Shown one piece after another: positions 45,247 to 53,889 of a stretch of 64,000 nt of DNA. How positions within the stretch are numbered: position 1 is the stretch's first letter; each line of letters begins with the position of its first letter. The stretch is from the sequence record OR413578.1; one strand, written 5' to 3'. Both the position numbers and the translations under genes were made by a program. Below the pieces are notes generated by a model. That model had not been told where the DNA came from and did no database searches. It was given only the letters and a program-made list of their open reading frames with translations.

Positions 45247-45633
45247 ATGAATTGGTTTGTAAATGGTATCACCCGTCGCGTGATGACGGAAGAGGATGAT
45301 CGATGTAAACATCTTAAAGTGGGCTCTATAGCCCCGCGCTATACGGCAGAGTGCGACCCATGGGGCCGCGAAACGTATTACATGTGCGAAGACTGCTGGG
45401 AAAAACTGCAGGCTGCAATTGCGGCGGAAGAAGTGGTCTGCGACGACTGCAAAGGTACCTTCCCGAAACGAGATACCGTTGAATGGAAATGGTACGACTT
45501 TGACCCCAGACAAGGGGATAAAGAACTTTGTATCTGTAATAACTGCGTGTCTTTACCGACACATTTAAACCGTGTAGAGAATGACCGTCGGGCATTTGAA
45601 CACGACTTTCCAGAAGCAACTTTCTGGGATTAA
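45247..45633 (+). CDS. Cys-rich zinc-finger protein
   Basis: CEDC, CDDC, CNNC plus additional Cys/His. Confidence 0.65.
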   Translation: MNWFVNGITRRVMTEEDDRCKHLKVGSIAPRYTAECDPWGRETYYMCEDCWEKLQAAIAAEEVVCDDCKGTFPKRDTVEWKWYDFDPRQGDKELCICNNCVSLPTHLNRVENDRRAFEHDFPEATFWD

Positions 45634-45659
45634 CTAGTGTAAACCTTAAGGAGTATATC

Positions 45660-46316
45660 ATGGCGAAGGCCCCTAAAACTGTAGCAAAAGATTCAATGGC
45701 AAGCAACGCGATTAAAGCCACAAAAACGCGTACTACCGAATCTCCACGCACACCTACCATTCCTAAACCGGATGTAATTGTACCAATCAGTGAACGTCTG
45801 AAAACAATTCACATCGAGCGCGAATATCCGATTGACCTTGGTCAGGAAATCGTTGCGGTTAACCTTGGTAGCGACGTACGCTTTACCATCTATAAAGGCG
45901 CGCATCTGAACAACATGGTGCTAACCCGTGGTGATGAAGTTATCGGTCTGTCTCGTTACGACACGCAAATCGAAAACATCTATCCGGTGTTTGCAGTAGC
46001 GATGTTGCGTTTGTTCATGCAGGATAAAGCCGACCTTTGTGGTCAGCTTGCGGGTATGGCGGATCGTGTTGGTCATATTCTGCCGACGCTGGTGAAACTG
46101 TACCCAGTTACGATTGACGTGGCGTTTACTACTGTAGACAACAACCACGGTTATATCGTGCTGACCAAAGACGGTAAAGTTATCGCTGGTAATCTGACTG
46201 ATAACGAAGTGCAGAAGCATATGGACAAATTTGCGTTCATGGTGAATCGCTTGGCGCACGTCAGTGTCAAACATTCTGAAACTTGGACGACGCTTGTCTC
46301 CAAACCTGAACTGTAA
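45660..46316 (+). CDS. hypothetical protein (218 aa)
   Basis: TAAGGAG SD; basic K/T/P-rich N-terminus. Confidence 0.65.
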   Translation: MAKAPKTVAKDSMASNAIKATKTRTTESPRTPTIPKPDVIVPISERLKTIHIEREYPIDLGQEIVAVNLGSDVRFTIYKGAHLNNMVLTRGDEVIGLSRYDTQIENIYPVFAVAMLRLFMQDKADLCGQLAGMADRVGHILPTLVKLYPVTIDVAFTTVDNNHGYIVLTKDGKVIAGNLTDNEVQKHMDKFAFMVNRLAHVSVKHSETWTTLVSKPEL

Positions 46317-46321
46317 TCATT

Positions 46322-46357
46322 AAGGGGTCTTCGGACCCCTTAATTTTTTGTCTTTTT
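46322..46357 (+). terminator. intrinsic terminator
   Basis: AAGGGGTC-TTCG-GACCCCTT followed by a T run. Confidence 0.8.
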
Positions 46358-46405
46358 ACGCATTATCCTCATGTTGTGACAGCAATACCTTTTGAGGGCA
46401 TTACA

Positions 46406-47407
46406 ATGAAAACTGTGGCTAAATTGTTTCGCACCAGCATCCGCACTGCCGAGTTCCGAAATAACATCGGCAGCGATACTGTACGAGCACGCCGCCTAAA
46501 AGAGTTTCTAAAGGACGAGACTTATTCTGTTTACGTGGTGAAGAATAAAGAAACCTGGGAGGGTTATTTAGTGGCCACCTATCGACACGGTGACCCTACA
46601 CTAACCTGTCACTATTTTGAGGAGTTTGTACCTGGGGCATTCGATAAAGTTGGTTTGGCCCTTGTGCTCGACCATACCGGATTCGAATATATGTCGTGCC
46701 CAGCACCTACTGACGATGTTGAACAAAAACTGGTCGAAAAAGGGTTTGTTCTTTCAGATATCGTTTGGGCATGTCATTCTAAACTGTTTGACAAAGTAAT
46801 CACCGCATCAGAAATCAAGATTATTTCTGGTGATGCATACGCAGAACTTACCAAGGAAGATAAAGACGTTATCCTGAATTTGATTAGCGGTGCAATTTGC
46901 GAAGAGTTAGAGTACGACGTGCGCGGCTACTATACACACATTGGTCCGTTAGCAGAAACAGTAATAGCAAGAATTCAGCACGCTAATGTGGAGACTGCAA
47001 TTTGGCGAGACGGTCATGATATCGTCGGTATTGCCCAGATGCGCTTGGTTACACCAGGCGTCGTTGAACTTTCTGGTTTAACCGTTGCACCTACGCACCG
47101 TAAACGTGGCATTGGTCGCCGGCTAATGGGCGCGCTATTCGATTTCGCACAACGTCATTCCGACCAAGTCTATATTGAAACAGCTGCTGATAATAATCCA
47201 GCAAATCACCTGTACGGCAACATCTTACGTTGCAAGCAGGTACTGCGTACACTAACGTTGAAACGCGATCCTGAACTTATTAGCTGGAAACGCGTAAAAG
47301 GGAACCGCGCCGATCGAGTGCTGAAAGAAGAACCTAGCATTCCGGTGGAGACTACAACCAGGCTGACTATCAGTGATATGTTTCAATCTGGCATGAGAGG
47401 ATGTTAA
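46406..47407 (+). CDS. tandem-domain GNAT acetyltransferase
   Basis: C-domain LTVAPTHRKRGIGRRLM and DNNPANHLY; degenerate N-domain ending QKLVEKGF; start moved to ATG 46406. Confidence 0.8.
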   Translation: MKTVAKLFRTSIRTAEFRNNIGSDTVRARRLKEFLKDETYSVYVVKNKETWEGYLVATYRHGDPTLTCHYFEEFVPGAFDKVGLALVLDHTGFEYMSCPAPTDDVEQKLVEKGFVLSDIVWACHSKLFDKVITASEIKIISGDAYAELTKEDKDVILNLISGAICEELEYDVRGYYTHIGPLAETVIARIQHANVETAIWRDGHDIVGIAQMRLVTPGVVELSGLTVAPTHRKRGIGRRLMGALFDFAQRHSDQVYIETAADNNPANHLYGNILRCKQVLRTLTLKRDPELISWKRVKGNRADRVLKEEPSIPVETTTRLTISDMFQSGMRGC

Positions 47408-47410
47408 CGG

Positions 47411-48229
47411 GTGATAAAACCAATTTTAAAATGGATGGGTGGTAAGAGTCGTGTACTGCCCGAGCTGCTACAGGTGTTTCCGGATGCTGAGTATTTCGTT
47501 GAACCTTTTGTGGGCGCAGGGTCAGTGTTTTTAAACACTAAATACCCGAACTATATTCTCGGCGACACGAACCCGGACTTAATCGAGTTACTGACCATGG
47601 CGCGCGATCGTCCGGAAGCGCTGATTCTGGAAGCAAAGGCGCTCTTTGCGAATGGGATGGACCGCGGCCTGTACATGGAACGACGTGAGGGATTTAACAG
47701 CGAAGCAACCACGGGGAAACCTAATCTCCAGCGCGCCGCGATGTTCCTGTATCTTACACGTCATGGTTACAACGGCTTGTGCAGATACAATCAGTCGGGT
47801 GGGTTTAACGTGCCCTATGGCCAACATCCGAACGGTGTCTATTTCCCTGAAGAGGAAATTCTGGCGTGGGCAAAACGCTGTTCGGAAACCAACGTCGAGC
47901 TGCTCTGCGCCGACTTCCGCGACATCCTAAATAAGTGCCCATCTAACGCTGTGATATACGCCGACCCGCCCTACATCCCACTTTCGGATACGGCTAAACA
48001 CGCGCAGTATCACAGCAAAGAATTTTCACAAGCTGACCACCGCGAGTTAGCGAAACTTTTAAAACAACAAGCTGCCGATGGCAATAAGGTCGTTCTGTCA
48101 AACGCAGATACGTTACTCACACGCGACATCTACTACGGTTTTACCTGGCGCGAAGTTCAGGTAGGCCGATATATGTCTGCGGATGCGAATAAGCGTAAAG
48201 CGGTGACAGAGCTAATCGGCACCTTATAA
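47411..48229 (+). CDS. dam: Dam-family DNA adenine methyltransferase
   Basis: LKWMGGK, EPFVGAGSV, GYNGLCRYN..GGFNVPYG, YADPPY. Confidence 0.95.
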   Translation: MIKPILKWMGGKSRVLPELLQVFPDAEYFVEPFVGAGSVFLNTKYPNYILGDTNPDLIELLTMARDRPEALILEAKALFANGMDRGLYMERREGFNSEATTGKPNLQRAAMFLYLTRHGYNGLCRYNQSGGFNVPYGQHPNGVYFPEEEILAWAKRCSETNVELLCADFRDILNKCPSNAVIYADPPYIPLSDTAKHAQYHSKEFSQADHRELAKLLKQQAADGNKVVLSNADTLLTRDIYYGFTWREVQVGRYMSADANKRKAVTELIGTL

Positions 48230-48238
48230 GGTACCAAC

Positions 48239-49042
48239 ATGCAACTATTTAATCTATACGGTATGGACAAAAATGACCTGACCGTAGAGTTTAGTGGTCG
48301 ATTGACCACCTTGGGGCAACTCCGTGAACGGATTCAAGATTTGCGACCCGTCGCAGACCAAGAAGACGATCATTGGTTAGTGTTGAGCAATAGCGGTCGT
48401 GCGCAAATGTATTTTCGTGGATGTCGTTCAGGTATTGTTTACTACATCTACGAGCTGCACGTGCTCTCCGAGCCCCTGTTCCACGAGTGGAAGCGTTTGA
48501 CGCGACTCCTGGAAGTGCAGATGCTTGATATTACCTGTTTCCCGCACGACACCGAACACGCAGCATTATACCAGCGTCTGGGGTTCGAAGCTGTAACGAA
48601 ACGTGTGGAGATTACTGTTAGTCCGAAATACGGTTTTACGTCAGACCCATCGGTTGTCCCGTTGGAGACATTGTCATTAGAACAAACCCAGGATGTTTGC
48701 TATCTAATGCGACCTACGCTAAAAGACGCAGGAACGCGAGAGATGCTGGGTGAGTTAGCAAATGGTTTTGTTTCCGCGTTTGTAGGGTTACACGGCCAGA
48801 AACCGTTTTCTTTAATGCTCTATAAGGAGTTACCGAAGAGCATCATTACTGAGCAATTCTGCTGCCAAACTTTTGACCCGGTTGCTTACTCGGTAGAGTT
48901 TCTAAAACACTACCACGCCATTTTGCATTTGGCGGGACAGAAAGGTAAGAAGGTCAACATGGGCGTTGCGATAGAGCACGAGTTTCCTTCTATCGAAGGG
49001 TTAGAGTATCGTGTAATCACGCATCATTACACCCTTGCGTAA
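48239..49042 (+). CDS. hypothetical protein, degenerate GNAT-like fold
   Basis: HAALYQRLGF motif-B-like segment; no R/Q-x-x-G-x-G motif A. Confidence 0.45.
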   Translation: MQLFNLYGMDKNDLTVEFSGRLTTLGQLRERIQDLRPVADQEDDHWLVLSNSGRAQMYFRGCRSGIVYYIYELHVLSEPLFHEWKRLTRLLEVQMLDITCFPHDTEHAALYQRLGFEAVTKRVEITVSPKYGFTSDPSVVPLETLSLEQTQDVCYLMRPTLKDAGTREMLGELANGFVSAFVGLHGQKPFSLMLYKELPKSIITEQFCCQTFDPVAYSVEFLKHYHAILHLAGQKGKKVNMGVAIEHEFPSIEGLEYRVITHHYTLA

Positions 49043-49051
49043 GGAGAGAAT

Positions 49052-49864
49052 ATGCTGAGAGTTATCGAACGCACGGAGAGGATTCTGGACCGAACGTGGT
49101 TGGAAGACCGTAAAGCGTTATCGTTGTTAAATGATATCGATCCTTCCACGTTACAAGATGAACGTCGTCTTTACTACCGAATCTTTGAAGTTTTCAGTCG
49201 GGACACAGTTGCGCCCGACGCGATCGTGCTCTGTCTGGACCACGGATACATGTTAGAAGTTATCAATATGGTTCGTGCTTTAGACGCCCAGTTAACCTCG
49301 CTTGCGGATGCTTTACTCCGCTCAGCGGGGTGTAACTACGCGATGCATTTTACTCGTTCGGAAGGGGACGAATATTCGCGCATGGGCTTTTGTTGCGAAA
49401 CGATAAACTACCGCAAAATTAATACATCGGTGCCTAGCCACGATGAGGATTTCTGTGGGGATGTCAGTTCGTTGTTCGATAGTAAGAAAGCGTTCTTGGA
49501 TTGGGTTAGGATGCTTTACGGTACAAGCTCTATCTACTCAACGCTTGTCATGGGCGGGAGGATGATGTCATGGCGGAGCAGCGATAGTTACAAACTGACA
49601 GTGCTCTCACATCGTGGACGACGCTGGGTTATTGGTGGATGGTTTACCGCAGAAGGGGTGGTTACTCTAACTCGAGAGGAGTTCGGACTGTTGATGCACT
49701 GTATCCAGTCTGAATTACCGGTGGGGGATGAATTAGTTTACACTTACCACCAATATACTGGGGGACCAGCCGCAATGTGGTTATTAGAAAATGGTTGGCT
49801 ACCCGAAAGTTATGTGTACGGACGTGCCCTGAAAACTACTAATGGAGAAAATAATGCAAATTAA
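49052..49864 (+). CDS. hypothetical protein (270 aa), weakly GNAT-like
   Basis: AAGGAG SD; YSRMGF and WLLENGW segments only. Confidence 0.4.
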   Translation: MLRVIERTERILDRTWLEDRKALSLLNDIDPSTLQDERRLYYRIFEVFSRDTVAPDAIVLCLDHGYMLEVINMVRALDAQLTSLADALLRSAGCNYAMHFTRSEGDEYSRMGFCCETINYRKINTSVPSHDEDFCGDVSSLFDSKKAFLDWVRMLYGTSSIYSTLVMGGRMMSWRSSDSYKLTVLSHRGRRWVIGGWFTAEGVVTLTREEFGLLMHCIQSELPVGDELVYTYHQYTGGPAAMWLLENGWLPESYVYGRALKTTNGENNAN

Positions 49865-50132
49865 TCGTACAGTGTCGAAGTCTAAAGAAGTCGTTTACAA
49901 CGTTGAGGACGGCGACGTAATGCAGTTCCGTGCCGTTATTGACGAACAGCACGTACTCCAAGTCGTTTATTCGAAAGAAGAAATGACTCGCGCACATAGC
50001 CGCGTGTTGGAAAAGCTCGTCGCGAAAGCCAAACAACGCGACGGCATTAAATCCTACAACGTTATGTACGGTTATCAGTTACGTGAGGTGGAAGGGGAGC
50101 TGTTAATCACCCCTGTTCCGGTAACGGCGTAA
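49854..50132 (+). CDS. hypothetical protein (92 aa)
   Basis: ATG 49854 behind GGAG. Confidence 0.6.
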   Translation: MQINRTVSKSKEVVYNVEDGDVMQFRAVIDEQHVLQVVYSKEEMTRAHSRVLEKLVAKAKQRDGIKSYNVMYGYQLREVEGELLITPVPVTA

Positions 50133-50172
50133 TTCGCCATTGTATGACCCTTAAACACCGTTGAGGTTAACT

Positions 50173-50655
50173 ATGGATATGATCGAATTAGGTCAGCTCC
50201 CTCAGCACGATTTCGATTTAGGCGTGCGTCATGAGGAAGGGGCCGACGCGAACACACTGATGGCCCGCTACTACGAGCTACTGACCGGTCAACCGTTGGA
50301 CGATGAACACATCAACCGTTTTGAAAAACTGTTGGCACAACTCATCACCTCTAACGCAGAACGCATTGGCATGTTGAACGAAATGAACTTTGCCGATGTA
50401 GAGCCGTCTGACGCTCAGAAGATTCTTATCGATGGTCCTGTGCCAAGCGATGAAGTACAAGACCTTCTGGCAGGTATCCGTGCAGGCTTCGATGAAGCTG
50501 CTGAGAAATACGCGGAAGAGCTGGCAGATGTCGATTTGGCTGCGCCGGTTGACCCGAATCCGTCTGCAGAGGAGACTGCAGCTGCGAAATTGAAACTCGC
50601 ACGCTTTATCTGTGCTGCAGTCCTGACAGACGACCGCGAAGAAAACCAACTGTAA
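50173..50655 (+). CDS. acidic hypothetical protein (160 aa)
   Basis: GAGG SD, ATG 50173; TATG at 50143. Confidence 0.7.
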   Translation: MDMIELGQLPQHDFDLGVRHEEGADANTLMARYYELLTGQPLDDEHINRFEKLLAQLITSNAERIGMLNEMNFADVEPSDAQKILIDGPVPSDEVQDLLAGIRAGFDEAAEKYAEELADVDLAAPVDPNPSAEETAAAKLKLARFICAAVLTDDREENQL

Positions 50656-50661
50656 GGTTTG

Positions 50662-50699
50662 CCTCCTTGCCCACGGGTAAGGGGGTCCCTTTTTATTTA
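50662..50699 (+). terminator. intrinsic terminator
   Basis: CCTTGCC/GGTAAGG stem followed by a T tract. Confidence 0.55.
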
Positions 50700-50751
50700 C
50701 ATCAGTCCACTAACTTATGTGAAACAACCCACGTAAAGAGGAATTAAGAGA

Positions 50752-51069
50752 ATGTGGTTAAGTGCTATTCATCGTGACCTGCCAAAACGTGAAGTGACTC
50801 TTTCTGTCGATGCGGAACCGATTACTGTCGGCGTCGCTAACTTCGACCGTATGGAAGAAGGGCAGTATGTCGTGGTGGACAACGATGAAAACGAATTCAT
50901 GTTATTCCATCCCGAAGTTGATGCGTCTGAAATCCGCGAGGGTTCTATCTTGTTTTCTTGGCAAGACAATGAAACTAAACAGTGGATGTGGTGCGTTGCT
51001 AACACAACCAATGAAAAAGGTACCGCGTATGCCCCAGGACAGCTTCATGTCGAACCTAAACCCCATTGA
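50752..51069 (+). CDS. hypothetical protein (105 aa)
   Basis: GAGG SD; TTTAC(50696)-TATG(50716) promoter. Confidence 0.65.
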   Translation: MWLSAIHRDLPKREVTLSVDAEPITVGVANFDRMEEGQYVVVDNDENEFMLFHPEVDASEIREGSILFSWQDNETKQWMWCVANTTNEKGTAYAPGQLHVEPKPH

Positions 51070-51361
51070 GCCCACGCTGACGCACCAGGAACTGCACGTC
51101 CGTTTTATTCGGGCGTTCACACCCCCGTTAGGTGGTGAGGTACACGATCGTTCCGTGGTTGCAGAAGTTAAAGGTATCGGCGAAGAACTAATGACACTGT
51201 CTAATATTGTGACGGGTGTTGAGTTCACGTTACCGTTAAACGTATTTCGGTTTATTCCGCGCGTAAACGAAACGCTGCTCATCGACCGTGTACATCATCG
51301 GATTATGGCGCAGGTACATCCTAGCCGTAAAGAGTATGTGCGCTTAGAGATGATGGTTTAA
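51047..51361 (+). CDS. hypothetical protein (104 aa)
   Basis: Start moved to ATG 51047 (AGGA upstream). Confidence 0.55.
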   Translation: MSNLNPIEPTLTHQELHVRFIRAFTPPLGGEVHDRSVVAEVKGIGEELMTLSNIVTGVEFTLPLNVFRFIPRVNETLLIDRVHHRIMAQVHPSRKEYVRLEMMV

Positions 51362-51370
51362 CGCACGACT

Positions 51371-51397
51371 TTTCAGATAGATGTTATTTTACTGAAC
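51371..51397 (+). promoter_or_regulatory. class II promoter-like motif
   Basis: TTTCAGATAGATGTTATTTTACTGAAC. Confidence 0.55.
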
Positions 51398-51423
51398 CTA
51401 ACTGTAAAGAAAGGAAAAAGTAG

Positions 51424-51729
51424 ATGGCTAAACAATACACAATTGTTAAACGCGCAGGTACGACTCTGCTGTACGTGGAGAAAGGTTGTGAGAACACTGC
51501 AACCGCCAAGAAACTGAACCTGCAAGGGTTTCTGTATCAAGGTCTCCGCGCGGGTTTGACCATCACTTTCAAAGGCTTACCACAGGCGAAGAATCTGCGC
51601 GTCGTACGTGCAGACGGTGTAGAGCGTGCCTTGGTAGCCGACACCCCGGTTGATACTATCCCTGCCACTAAGAAGGCAGCGAAAGCAACCAAGAAAGTCG
51701 TCGATAAACGCAAACGCGCTGTCGCTTAA
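51424..51729 (+). CDS. small basic protein with K/A-rich tail
   Basis: ATKKAAKATKKVVDKRKRAVA C-terminus; single-gene unit. Confidence 0.7.
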   Translation: MAKQYTIVKRAGTTLLYVEKGCENTATAKKLNLQGFLYQGLRAGLTITFKGLPQAKNLRVVRADGVERALVADTPVDTIPATKKAAKATKKVVDKRKRAVA

Positions 51730-51735
51730 GTAGTC

Positions 51736-51775
51736 CCCTACCTAACTTCGGTTAGGTAGGGCTCTTTTTATTTTT
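51736..51775 (+). terminator. intrinsic terminator
   Basis: CCCTACCTAAC-TTCG-GTTAGGTAGGG followed by a T run. Confidence 0.85.
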
Positions 51776-51795
51776 AACCCTCTGGGGGATATACC

Positions 51796-52248
51796 ATGTT
51801 TCAATGTTCAGTCGTCAATGATGCTGAATTGGCCGTGTACAAGCAGCGCACAATCCGGGCGCTGGATGCTGAAAAACCAGTCGATGTTAAAACGCGTGCA
51901 ATCATTAGGGCATTTAGCGAATGGCCGAATATCGCAACCGTTTGGGCATTCACGGGAGAAGTTCGCAAAGACGGAGACAAGCTTCGTACACGTAGACACC
52001 ACAGCTTAACATTTGTGGCAACCGAGGCGGGTCTTAAAGACATTAATCATTTATTAGAAGGATGGCAGCCGCACGAATACGGGAAACGTTTTCAGTTAAA
52101 CTTTACTTGGCTGCGTCAAGAAGGCAACGCGAATCTCTGTTATCCAAGCTGGACGTTTAGACTCAACTATCGACCTGACCCAGATGTGATGGAAAGAGTG
52201 ATGGAGCACTGGCTCGCACTCGCAATTTTTACAGAACACAACCATTAA
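51796..52248 (+). CDS. hypothetical protein, paralogue of 52277..52747
   Basis: Collinear motifs (ATVWAFTGE vs TTMWSCHGH, YPSW vs YNAW). Confidence 0.65.
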   Translation: MFQCSVVNDAELAVYKQRTIRALDAEKPVDVKTRAIIRAFSEWPNIATVWAFTGEVRKDGDKLRTRRHHSLTFVATEAGLKDINHLLEGWQPHEYGKRFQLNFTWLRQEGNANLCYPSWTFRLNYRPDPDVMERVMEHWLALAIFTEHNH

Positions 52249-52276
52249 ATGAAGACACCCTTAAGGAGAATTAAAG

Positions 52277-52747
52277 ATGCCAGTTTTATACGGTGGTGTG
52301 GATCTGAAAGTTTTGGATCGGTTTAAACTACGGGCATCCGAAGCGCTCGTAAACGGTTGGGTCGAGCGTGGGGTACGGGATGCGTGTGAAGTTATTTGCC
52401 GTTACCCCGGCGCGACGACAATGTGGTCATGTCATGGACACGGACCATATTCTAAAAAGAACTCGCCAGGGGAGTTCCATGTAGTGTTTGTTCTTGGTGT
52501 TGGCTTTGAGCACAAAGCGCATGAGCTAGTTGCTGAGTTAATGAAAGCGGATATTCCACCATTGTGGGATTTATCCATGACGAGACTCTCGTACCCCGAT
52601 GAGGATTTCGTTTATGACCTCAGCGAAATCACCCTGAAGAACACGTATAACGCGTGGAAGATAACGTATCGTTATCTGCACACCGAACAATCCCTTCGTG
52701 AAATTCGTAAAGTATTCCACAATGTTTGCAAAAAGGTTTTTAACTAA
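52277..52747 (+). CDS. hypothetical protein with T-x-x-S-C-x-G-H motif
   Basis: TTMWSCHGH; TAAGGAG SD. Confidence 0.65.
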   Translation: MPVLYGGVDLKVLDRFKLRASEALVNGWVERGVRDACEVICRYPGATTMWSCHGHGPYSKKNSPGEFHVVFVLGVGFEHKAHELVAELMKADIPPLWDLSMTRLSYPDEDFVYDLSEITLKNTYNAWKITYRYLHTEQSLREIRKVFHNVCKKVFN

Positions 52748-53445
52748 TGGCTAAGCAAAAGAAACCCCGTAACAAAAAGTATAACCCGAAAGTTGCCACA
52801 GAACGTACGGCACACACCGTCGCTGAAAACGCTCTGAATCGTATCACGTTTATCGGTAGTTCGATTCGTCGCCTCGGGCCGTACGCGGGCCGTGGTTTTC
52901 ACTTTACAGCAAGCCCACGTATTCGTGCTATCGCCACAGATATGTTAGTCGGTGGGCTGTTCGACCAACCGCGACCATGGCATCTTTGGGTGATGCACCT
53001 CACTGAACTCGACACCGGTGAAATTGTAACAGAAACCGCAGTTGCCACACTTGACGATTATACTTTGGCGGACTTCTGTGAACACGCTGAGGAGTTAGTT
53101 AAATCGTTACGCCCTGAACAGGAAGAGGGGAAGTATTTCGGTTATGCATTTGTGGCCGCCCCGAACGAGCGGTACGACTTCAAAGAGGAAGAAGACCAAC
53201 TCATTGAAAACTTCATGCATTCTGGACTACTTGATACGTCGTTACATCTGTCGGAAGAGCAACAGTTCGTTAGTCGTGCAGAAATGGCCAACCTGCTCGT
53301 TGGTTATACTCGGAAGTTTGACGTGACCGTTGAACATGTCAAAGAAGTACCAGAGATTGTGAGCAAGAAAGACGAGGTGGTGCTTCCGGTTGACGAGGTT
53401 GTCAGTAAAGTAGCGACTGCGATAGGGGCAACGGGGGATTACTGA
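52747..53445 (+). CDS. hypothetical protein (232 aa)
   Basis: TAATG coupling; basic N-terminus MAKQKKPRNKKYNPK. Confidence 0.65.
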   Translation: MAKQKKPRNKKYNPKVATERTAHTVAENALNRITFIGSSIRRLGPYAGRGFHFTASPRIRAIATDMLVGGLFDQPRPWHLWVMHLTELDTGEIVTETAVATLDDYTLADFCEHAEELVKSLRPEQEEGKYFGYAFVAAPNERYDFKEEEDQLIENFMHSGLLDTSLHLSEEQQFVSRAEMANLLVGYTRKFDVTVEHVKEVPEIVSKKDEVVLPVDEVVSKVATAIGATGDY

Positions 53446-53654
53446 TGAATCTACGTTGGCCGATCGTGGCTGCTGTGTTGTTTTGTATTTATATCGCCAT
53501 CAGCACCAGTACCCGCACTGCAGAACGTCGCGAGACCGCAACCAGTACGTTCAGAATGTGCATTGACCGCGTAGACCCGAACAGTACCACTTATCCTGAC
53601 GCGGTGAATGCGTGCCGTAAAGCAGTTGCTGAGATATTGAAAGAGGAAAATTAA
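53445..53654 (+). CDS. 69-aa single-pass membrane protein
   Basis: N-terminal hydrophobic helix; two Cys in the soluble part. Confidence 0.6.
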   Translation: MNLRWPIVAAVLFCIYIAISTSTRTAERRETATSTFRMCIDRVDPNSTTYPDAVNACRKAVAEILKEEN

Positions 53655-53881
53655 TGGAAAACCTCACACCGATTGAGATAGTGTCGCCATTCGACCGTTA
53701 CGTATATGGACAAACGCAAGCAAAGAAAATGCTGGCGATTGCGCTACGTAATCGATACCGTGCCAACAAACTCAACGTAGTGGACCGTATGTCGGTCCAC
53801 AAACAGAACCTTTTAATAGAAGGGCCAAGAGGCACGGGTAAAACGGCGTTGATGCGTGAAGAAAAACAGAAACAAAAGTGA
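53654..53881 (+). pseudogene. hslU: N-terminal 75-aa fragment of HslU/ClpY-like AAA+ ATPase
   Basis: LTPIEIV..DRYVYGQ..AKK.LAIALRNRYR...QNLLIEGPRGTGKT matches the HslU N-terminus through Walker A, then stops. Confidence 0.8.
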
Positions 53882-53889
53882 GGTAAAGG

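Noticed and set aside
47411-48229. Dam as part of a restriction-modification system
   Set aside because: No PD-(D/E)xK or HNH nuclease motif recognised in neighbouring ORFs; orphan Dam is common in phages.
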